Below are positions 1-7,253 of a DNA stretch of 14,508 nt, piece after piece. Below the pieces are notes generated by a model. It had not been told where the DNA came from, ran no database searches, and saw only the letters and a list, made by a program, of their open reading frames with translations. Numbering within the stretch: the stretch's first letter is position 1; each line of letters opens with the position of its first letter. Position numbers and translations under genes: made by a program. This DNA comes from Chlamydiia bacterium (lineage in GTDB: Bacteria; Chlamydiota; Chlamydiia; Chlamydiales; Rhabdochlamydiaceae). Location of the stretch: assembly GCA_963804085.1 (NCBI GenBank), contig CAWDOQ010000007.1, positions 1 to 14,508 on the forward strand, read 5' to 3'.

Positions 1-1089
1 CTTGATGACTTCGTTGCCTCGAACAGCTTGATTGGATGACTCCTTGAGCAATGCGCTCACTGCTTTAATCGGATTCCCATCGAGCACGATCCAAATAAGA
101 TCTGACAGCCTTGCAATATCGCCCTGAAAGATAGGTCAATCTGTTGTTATCGAGATAAAGCATGAAAAGATTGGGTAGATCTCCTATTTGAGAGGGAAGA
201 TCTGCAAGCGCATTATTTGAAAGATAGAGCCTTACTAATCCTGCTGATCATGCTAATCGATGGCGAGAGCTCTGTAAGTCCATTGTTATTCCAATGGAGC
301 AGTTTCAAGTTAGACAAGGTATACACAAGCGGAGGGATCTTAGACATTTGATTGCCATTCAAAGAGAGCTCTTTAAGACGCGGCATCTCACGAAGCGCTT
401 GAGGCACACAGGTAAGACAGTTGTTGTCTACCGAAAGAGTATCTAGCTGTTTCAAACTACCCAGAGCCTCGGGAAGAGCGGTGAGCCAATTGTCATTCAG
501 ATAGAGCTGCTTTAGACCTGGAAAATGAACGATCTCGTCCGGAAGCTGTGTGAGCGCCTGGTTATATAAATCTAGCATCTCGATTCCTTTAAGCGCAGGA
601 AGATGGCCCTCTAGCCAAGTGCGTATCTGCTTTGCCTTTTCTTTTTCATCTCCTCTTAAAAGAGAGCAAAAGGGTCTTAGCAGCTGGAGAGTAATCACAC
701 ACCCTCTGAAAAAAGATGAGTAGGTTGTGATCCTGCTGCTTTTTTTTGTTCCACTTGCAAAGAGCAAGAAGCTGCTCAGGACGCAGAACAGATGCGCGCG
801 AAAGACTCATCGAATTTTAAAAGCGCGTCTCTGAGGTAAATTCCCTTTGCTTGTCCAATGACCCTATAAGAGATGGCACAGACACGCAGGCGCACATCCT
901 TCGGCCCGACAAAACCATCTACAAAAGTCCGAAGCGGAGCTAGGTTTGATATCCGGTATAGAGTTTTGGGTAGAACAACCATTTCAGTGCTTCGTGGAAC
1001 TTTTTAGAAACCAGCTCCAGATATTGAGGTTCCTGCAAATAGGTGGCAATAGATGCCCACAAATGATTATTTACTTTTGCAATAGTCAT
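1..1089 (-). pseudogene. Frameshifted leucine-rich-repeat protein with a possible F-box-like N-terminus (chlamydial effector type); runs off the left edge
   Basis: ATG at 1089 with AAGGA upstream opens MTIAKVNNHLWASIATYLQEPQYLELVSKKF (stop at 940). Coding continues in ORF 982..776 and in ORF 767..213, which has clear LxxLxLxxNxLxxLP repeats. Further LRRs lie in other frames below ~240 (LVRLYLSNNALADLPSQIGDLPNL, YLDNNRLTYL, LSDLIWIVLDGNPI). About five breaks in total. Confidence 0.8.
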
Positions 1090-1154
1090 AAATTTCCTTT
1101 GTTAATTATGTGTATTTTACGCTTTTTACAACAAACTAACAATTATTAAAAATA

Positions 1155-1191
1155 TTTCCGCATTGCGGAAAATTCAATAATTTTATATGTT
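1155..1191 (+). promoter_or_regulatory. Palindromic operator-like site overlapping a putative sigma70/sigma66 promoter
   Basis: TTTCCGCA-T-TGCGGAAA (1155-1171) is a perfect inverted repeat in the AT-rich divergent intergenic region. TTGCGG (1163-1168)-N17-TATGTT (1186-1191) precedes the ATG at 1209. Confidence 0.4.
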
Positions 1192-1208
1192 AAAAAAAAG
1201 GTTTACAT

Positions 1209-1817
1209 ATGAAGCAAATGAAAAAATTGCATGTTTCGAAGAAAAAAGCGATCGGGCTCTCTATGGCCCTCTTCCTGGTCGGACTCGCCATCATCTCTTA
1301 CCTAGGAGCCTGGTGGCCGGGGATAATGCTCGTAATCGGGGTTCCTCTTGCCCTTCGCGAATACCTGATGGGCAATATTTACGATACAGCGATCACACTC
1401 GTGATCTTTTTAGGCGTCTTTGTGACCGTTACTTTCAATATTTCTGAGAAGTTCCTGCTCCCTGTGCTCTTCATGCTGGGAGGCATCTACATCTTCTTCC
1501 GCGACTTCATCGAAGACAAGACCATGTCGGAGGCCGACCGCGAAGAGGACCTCAACGAAGAGCTCGAAGAAGACAAAGACAAGAAAAGAGATAATCCCCT
1601 CCTAGTGGACGAAGTGGACAGGCACAAAGAAGGTGGACGTCGTGGACGTCGGGGACAGCGCCAAGAAAGAGCCTTAGAGCCCAAGAGATCTCCGTCCACT
1701 TCGTCCACTAAGTCCACAACTCTTCTGTCGACTTCGTCCACTAAGGGTCTTCTGCGCCTGCCCACTATGTCCACCGTTTCTGGGGCTCTTTTCTTACCCT
1801 GTAAAGCCTTTCCGTAA
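1209..1817 (+). CDS. Small multi-pass membrane protein with an acidic tail; the real coding part probably ends near 1590 and the rest is read-through into a repeat
   Basis: About four hydrophobic segments with a WWPGIML motif, followed by EADREEDLNEELEEDKDKK. Residues after ~1590 are translated GTGGAC/GTCCAC repeats (VDEVD, STSSTKST). An out-of-frame TAA lies at 1592-1594. Confidence 0.75.
   Translation: MKQMKKLHVSKKKAIGLSMALFLVGLAIISYLGAWWPGIMLVIGVPLALREYLMGNIYDTAITLVIFLGVFVTVTFNISEKFLLPVLFMLGGIYIFFRDFIEDKTMSEADREEDLNEELEEDKDKKRDNPLLVDEVDRHKEGGRRGRRGQRQERALEPKRSPSTSSTKSTTLLSTSSTKGLLRLPTMSTVSGALFLPCKAFP
1603..1774. repeat. Inverted array of 9-nt-period GTGGAC/GTCCAC units
   Basis: GTGGAC at 1605, 1614, 1633, 1642 and GGGGAC at 1651. 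GTCCAC at 1694, 1703, 1712, 1736, 1769, with GTCGAC at 1727 and GCCCAC at 1760. Positions 1603-1619 are the perfect reverse complement of 1694-1710. Confidence 0.9.
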
Positions 1818-2329
1818 ATCCACCCTCTTTTTTTGAAAGCATCTGCTTGAGCTTGTAATTGCCTATCCAAAAGTGCGCAAGCTACAGAAAGTAGAGCTAG
1901 CACCCCATTCGCTGCTATCTCAGGAATTTCTTCCTGCTTAGAAGAGACACTTTTTGCCCAAAGAGCAAACTGGTCTGCTGTAGTAAACCTCTGATCTATG
2001 AGTTTCTGACGGCAAAGATCAGTACGTTTCCAAATCTCCATTCCTCTCTGCCTCAGAAAATCCTCATAATCTAGCTTCAACTCTTCCAAGCTAGCTCGTG
2101 CAACGTTCGTCAGTTTAAGCTCTGTTTTTTTCGAAGTTCCCGAAGCTTGACTGCCTTCCGCAATGTTCTGCACTCCCGAGCGAGCAGCTTGCACCATCTG
2201 ATCATGCGTGCGGCTATTTTTAGCAATAAATTTGTCGCAAAAGCGTACAGTAATGTCATAGATCAGCTGCGCCAGCTGAAATGATTTTAAATTCCGATAG
2301 CCACCATGTTTAGCAATCAACTTTTCCAT
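1765..2329 (-). CDS. Four-helix-bundle protein (23S rRNA IVS protein-like) with a four-helix-bundle suffix domain; one extra base in an A7 run
   Basis: Motifs GGYRNLKSFQ, RTHDQMVQAARSGVQNIAEGS and TELKLTNVARASLEELKLDYEDFLRQRG. Removing one A from the A7 run (T7 at 1828-1834 on +) restores AFKKEGGFTERLYRVRKEPQKRWT* with the stop at 1765-1767. Confidence 0.85.
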
Positions 2330-2494
2330 GGCGATCAATCTTCTTCCGACCTAGATCGATTGTCAAGTGTTTCCTTGACACTTTAACAGACAAATATGAA
2401 CAAGTATGGCATGCCGAAGGGAACTCCAAAAACAAATTGAACTTCTTGACTTCGCCGAGGAGTGACCTTTAGAATAACAAAAAAAGGCATACGT

Positions 2495-2815
2495 GTGAAA
2501 AAGATCCAAATCAGTTTAGATAAACGCAAGATTGAGAGATTCTGTAAGAAATATCATATTGTGTACTTGGCTCTTTTTGGGTCTGTTTTAACTTCGAACT
2601 TTTCAAAGAAAAGCGACATAGACATATTGGTCAGATTTGAGAAAAAACACATTCCTCATCTTTTTAGTTTTGCAGGTATTGAATCAGAACTCACCGAAAT
2701 TATTGGACGAGAAGTCGATTTAAAAACTCCAAACGATTTAAGCCCTCTCTTTCGAAACGAAGTCTTAGCAAAAGCGAAAACAATCTATGGAGAACCGAAC
2801 AGTTTTAATAGGTAA
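2495..2815 (+). CDS. Minimal nucleotidyltransferase (MNT/MntA-like antitoxin)
   Basis: LFGSVL...SDIDILVRF (GS-x10-DxD) and ELTEIIGREVDLKT motifs in a ~106-aa protein. GTG start at 2495 is preferred; 2462 is the alternative. Confidence 0.88.
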   Translation: MKKIQISLDKRKIERFCKKYHIVYLALFGSVLTSNFSKKSDIDILVRFEKKHIPHLFSFAGIESELTEIIGREVDLKTPNDLSPLFRNEVLAKAKTIYGEPNSFNR

Positions 2816-3002
2816 TTTGCTTTGCCCATAAAAGCGAAAGGCCCCGAGGTAGTCCTCGAGGCTCAGACGCCGGTAGGGTAGTCCCGACCCACTTAGAACC
2901 AACATCTTGCTCATCTTACCATTTTTTATCAACTTAGAGGCAAAACATGAGACTAAAAGATGGTCTAAACGACTCACAAATGACGCAGAGCTGGGCATTT
3001 GA

Positions 3003-3031
3003 AGAACTCCTGCGTTAACGCAGGAGATTCT
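3003..3031. repeat. Perfect 20-bp palindrome
   Basis: CTCCTGCGTT|AACGCAGGAG at 3007-3026, extended by AGAA/TTCT with a 1-nt bulge. Confidence 0.8.
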
Positions 3032-3075
3032 CCCCATGTAAGGAGCTCCTGCTTCGCGTCGCATTATCTATATAG

Positions 3076-3300
3076 CTCGGCTAACTCGCCCCTAAGAGCC
3101 ACTTGCAAAAATCCCCGCCCCAGAAAAATCGAAGATTTTGAGTCAGTTTGCTGGGGCTGGCAGCAGCCCGAATCCCGCCATCGGGGACATACTCGAGGAG
3201 AGTAGGACCCGATGGCCGGACAGCAAAATGGCTCAAAAGGGCGATTTTGCTGGGCGGGAATTTTTGCAAGTGGCTCTGAAGGGGCGAGATTGCGCTCGAG
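3076..3300. mobile_element. Long nested palindromic element (MITE-like, resembling Rickettsia palindromic elements)
   Basis: Imperfect ~75-bp arms at 3076-3153 and 3221-3300. Core ends are AGAGCCACTTGCAAAAAT (from 3095) and ATTTTTGCAAGTGGCTCT (to 3277). There is an inner hairpin CCATCGGG..TACTC..GAGTA..CCCGATGG. No credible ORF. Confidence 0.7.
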
Positions 3301-3348
3301 CAACATGTTCAAGACGCAATCTTACAACTGGACTCAATCGACCCCAAA

Positions 3349-3537
3349 GTGGTAAAAAGGTGTACTAAAGAAAAAATCAGACAATACAAAGATGAATTCG
3401 AGCGAATAGGCAATTTGACAATTCTAGATCCTGATCCCAACAGCCAATGGAACCATGAATTTATTAATGATTGCTACCAGATGACCGTTCAAAAAATTGT
3501 CCAAAAATACCGTGAACCACATGGCAAACAATCTTGA
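3349..3537 (+). pseudogene. Short fragment resembling the C-terminal DUF1524/GmrSD HNH-type motif
   Basis: RIGNLTILDPDPNS resembles the IGNLxLLxxxxNS motif, but the upstream EH motif is absent and there is no good start. Confidence 0.3.
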
Positions 3538-3889
3538 TGCTTCTTTGAAACAAAAAAAGCTCAAGCAAAAGTTAACTATTTATACTGTCATCTATGTCGT
3601 TCTTTTCCCTATTTTGGCGTACGCGGGTTGGCTTTCTCCTATGGCAGTTGATAGCCCGCGGGGCGCTTCCATCTTCCTCGCACTATTCATCGTTTTCATC
3701 ATATTGTTAATGCCCATATCTGTTCCTGTGAGTATCTACCTCATGTGGTCGAGATATTGTTCCAAAAAGTACGATAAAGCGCGCAGATTTGCTTTGTTAC
3801 CGCTTTACACGATCATTCTCGTCTTCGTCATGCTTGAAATCACCTCCTGGCTCGAACGCTTCTTGTCAAAGATCTTTAATGCTGGATAA
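3521..3889 (+). CDS. Hypothetical membrane protein (about 3 TM helices)
   Basis: ATG at 3521 is in frame with ORF 3497..3889. Basic N-terminus followed by three long hydrophobic stretches. Confidence 0.75.
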   Translation: MANNLDASLKQKKLKQKLTIYTVIYVVLFPILAYAGWLSPMAVDSPRGASIFLALFIVFIILLMPISVPVSIYLMWSRYCSKKYDKARRFALLPLYTIILVFVMLEITSWLERFLSKIFNAG

Positions 3890-3900
3890 ACAAGTTGAAA

Positions 3901-4271
3901 ATGCTATTCTCGTAATTTACAAGGGAGCGATATGCCTGTTAAGATCATTGAGCAACAAGTCCCAAGAGCAGACCTGCAAGATCTGGAACTGAAAAATAAG
4001 CATGGCGCTTTAGTAAAAGCGGTTGTCGATATTGAGCGCGCAATTATGGTTGCGGGAATGACCATGCATTCGGATGGAGAGGAGATCCTCTTAGAGAACG
4101 GGTGAAACAAGCTGATCTCTGGGGAATTAATTTATATCTGCAGCAATCTGATGATGAGTGGATCGAATACGATTCTATGATCAACCTTAGGCCTTCTCAA
4201 GGCAATGATTCTCGAGGAGTAGACGATCCAGCGATCCGCCAAAAAATTCAAGAAATCGTCAATCGATTAGT
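3901..4271 (+). repeat. Direct repeat copy 1 (~371 bp) covering the DUF5674-like gene and its leader
   Basis: Near-identical to 4926-5297. Visible differences are GGGTGAAAC vs GGGTCAAAAC (~4104) and AATCGATTAGT vs AATCAATTAGT at the end. Confidence 0.95.
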
Positions 4272-4308
4272 ACGATTTGAAAATGCAATTAGGTATCGCC
4301 TCCACTGA
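3932..4308 (+). pseudogene. Frameshifted copy of the DUF5674-like gene
   Basis: ATG at 3932 reads to a premature TGA at 4103-4105. The remainder (QADLWGINLY...) is in ORF 4102..4308. Confidence 0.85.
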
Positions 4309-4799
4309 AACTGATGTTGAGCAAAGTGGGGTGTTAATCAATACCGTTTTCGCAATGTCTCAGCATATTTTACGAAAAGAGAGTGAATTGATCTCTATCG
4401 AGAAGCGTGATGAAGAATTGTCAGGGGAAATTAAAGAACTGCTTGTTCTACGAAAGCAAAGTCAAATAGTGGGGACGGTTGTATTGCAACTAGCACACGA
4501 AGCAGCATATGTTGTTTACCTAACAAGAGACACGAGTCAGCGAAAAGGAATTGGGAAAACTTTGATGGCATATGCTGAAGCTCGCGCTAAGAATACGCAC
4601 GAGAAAAAAAAGATGCGAGCTTCAACAGTATATCATCCTAAATATCCTCAAACAAAATTAATCAGCTGGTATGAAGCTCAAGGCTATAAATTACTCCCAC
4701 TCGACAAGGAACGTACTCCGACTCAATCGCAGCAAGAAGCTTCGGGAATGTGAATTTCACAGTGAAGCGCGTTTTAAGTATTTTGAAAAGAACATTTAG
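4283..4799 (+). CDS. GNAT-family N-acetyltransferase, probably frameshifted near the 3' end
   Basis: Acetyl-CoA motif A QRKGIGKTLMAYAE and motif B WYEAQGY. The frame stops at 4753, but an alternative frame from ~4728 gives ...ARFKYFEKNI* (4799), a typical GNAT C-terminus. Confidence 0.8.
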
Positions 4800-4925
4800 A
4801 ACGCGGGTATCTAATCAAAAGTGCTGATTGCATCTCGCCACCTCCAATTTGGAAGAGGCCCCATCCGTTGTTTTCTCATACGATAAAGGCGCTTAGTAAA
4901 GACGATTGCGTTCTCATAACATGTG

Positions 4926-5297
4926 ATGCTATTCTCGTAATTTACAAGGGAGCGATATGCCTGTTAAGATCATTGAGCAACAAGTCCCAAGAGCAGACCT
5001 GCAAGATCTGGAACTGAAAAATAAGCATGGCGCTTTAGTAAAAGCGGTTGTCGATATTGAGCGCGCAATTATGGTTGCGGGAATGACCATGCATTCGGAT
5101 GGAGAGGAGATCCTCTTAGAGAACGGGTCAAAACAAGCTGATCTCTGGGGAATTAATTTATATCTGCAGCAATCTGATGATGAGTGGATCGAATACGATT
5201 CTATGATCAACCTTAGGCCTTCTCAAGGCAATGATTCTCGAGGAGTAGACGATCCAGCGATCCGCCAAAAAATTCAAGAAATCGTCAATCAATTAGT
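4926..5297 (+). repeat. Direct repeat copy 2
   Basis: Matches 3901-4271 at an offset of 1025, or 1026 after the indel. Confidence 0.95.
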
Positions 5298-5310
5298 CAA
5301 ACAAACGTGA
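4957..5310 (+). CDS. DUF5674-like protein
   Basis: 117 aa with VKAVVDIER, MHSDGEEILLENGSKQADLWGINLY and IEYDSMINLRPSQGNDSRGVDDPAIR. GGGAG RBS upstream. Confidence 0.8.
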   Translation: MPVKIIEQQVPRADLQDLELKNKHGALVKAVVDIERAIMVAGMTMHSDGEEILLENGSKQADLWGINLYLQQSDDEWIEYDSMINLRPSQGNDSRGVDDPAIRQKIQEIVNQLVKQT

Positions 5311-5642
5311 GTCCAGGATTGGAACATTTAGAAGCAGCCAAAGTTAGTTGGGCAAAATTTTCTCTCGTTGAGCAGTTGGCAAATATTGGCAGCGAGGTCA
5401 GTCGCGCTCTGCGTGCCAAAGGAAACCATGCGCGCTATTGGGGTGCCGTGACTCGTGCCTTAGACTTGTTTTATCTCACGGTCGAAGATCCACGGTGGAA
5501 GGGACGCCTAAGAGAGATCTTGCGGGTGCGCGAACTCTTTGCAGCAGCTGCTCTTGGCAGCGACGAATTTCAAACATCACTCGAAGACTTGGATCGTTAT
5601 TTTGATGTCTATGCATGGCTTGCTCGAGCTGAGCGGGATTAA
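5307..5642 (+). CDS. Small alpha-helical hypothetical protein translationally coupled to the DUF5674-like gene
   Basis: GTGA start/stop overlap at 5307-5310. Motif WxxFSLVEQLANIGSEVSRA...RALDL...RLREILRVRE. Confidence 0.8.
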   Translation: MSPGLEHLEAAKVSWAKFSLVEQLANIGSEVSRALRAKGNHARYWGAVTRALDLFYLTVEDPRWKGRLREILRVRELFAAAALGSDEFQTSLEDLDRYFDVYAWLARAERD

Positions 5643-5655
5643 GAAGAGAGAAAAA

Positions 5656-5691
5656 GTCTTTCTTCTATCCTGCTCATCCTGCCATCCTGTT
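5656..5691. repeat. ATCCTG triad (8-9 nt period)
   Basis: ATCCTG at 5667, 5676 and 5684 in the gap between convergent genes. Approximate reverse complement of 11981-12016. Confidence 0.75.
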
Positions 5692-5713
5692 ATTTTTCTT
5701 TTCTTAGTTTCGG

Positions 5714-6760
<1,047 letters not shown>

Positions 6761-6783
6761 TTACGGCAATCGGAATCACGATC

Positions 6784-6824
6784 ACGTGCCCGTGTGCGTG
6801 CCCGTGCCCGTGCCCGAATTTTTT
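6784..6824 (+). repeat. Left arm of a 41-bp inverted repeat (GTGCCC tandem units)
   Basis: ACGTGCCCGTGTGCGTGCCCGTGCCCGTGCCCGAATTTTTT pairs with 7175-7215. Confidence 0.95.
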
Positions 6825-6833
6825 GGAGATATA

Positions 6834-7253
6834 ATGTTTGATCATGAAAAGCTCGATGTTTATAAGACAGCTATCGAATTTGTTGTTTTGTCAGGTCAAA
6901 TTATAGAACATATGCCCAGAGGCAAAAATTATTTGGCTGATCAGTTACAACGCGCCAGCTCTTCGATTCCTTTGAATATTGCCGAAGGGGCTGGTGAATT
7001 TTCAATCAATGAAAAATGCAGATTTTATCGCATGGCAAAGCGTTCTGCAACAGAGTCTGCTGGAATCCTGGATGTCTGCAAAAGTCTACAATCGATTGAA
7101 GAGAACCAATACAACGAGGGACGAAAACTATTATTGAGAATTGTCTCTATGTTAATCAAGATGGCACAAAAAAGAGAAGATTCGGGCACGGGCACGGGCA
7201 CGCGCGCGGGCACGTATCAGGAGACTTGGGAGACATCTGACAGAAATGGTTGA
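6834..7253 (+). CDS. Four-helix-bundle protein (23S rRNA intervening-sequence protein / Avd-like family)
   Basis: GGAG RBS at 6825-6828 and ATG at 6834. Motifs FDHEKLDVY, LADQLQRASSSIPLNIAEGAG and KCRFYRMAKRSATE. The GTGTGTRAGT tail is encoded by the right repeat arm, and the stop overlaps the pknD start. Confidence 0.92.
   Translation: MFDHEKLDVYKTAIEFVVLSGQIIEHMPRGKNYLADQLQRASSSIPLNIAEGAGEFSINEKCRFYRMAKRSATESAGILDVCKSLQSIEENQYNEGRKLLLRIVSMLIKMAQKREDSGTGTGTRAGTYQETWETSDRNG
7175..7215 (+). repeat. Right arm of the 41-bp inverted repeat (GGGCAC tandem units)
   Basis: AGAAGATTCGGGCACGGGCACGGGCACGCGCGCGGGCACGT forms 37 Watson-Crick and 4 G-U pairs with the left arm. Confidence 0.95.

Noticed and set aside
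1603-1774. CRISPR or TIGR-like array
   Set aside because: The units are 6 nt with 3-nt linkers in inverted arrangement. There are no unique spacers and no cas genes.
2361-2380. TGTCAAG-N6-CTTGACA inverted repeat
   Set aside because: It may be back-to-back TTGACA -35 boxes for the divergent genes, but I could not place convincing -10 boxes, so it is not called.
2765-3368. Five overlapping short ORFs on both strands
   Set aside because: They are by-products of GC-rich palindromic elements, with no RBS or recognisable motifs.
4801-4850. TCTCGCCACCTCCA resembling a tmRNA/tRNA 3' end (att-site remnant)
   Set aside because: It is only ~14 nt with no intact T-loop, no integrase and no second copy in the window, so it cannot be distinguished from chance.
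6780-7220. True 23S rRNA intervening sequence or rRNA gene
   Set aside because: The flanks are trpS and pknD, and no rRNA sequence is recognisable.
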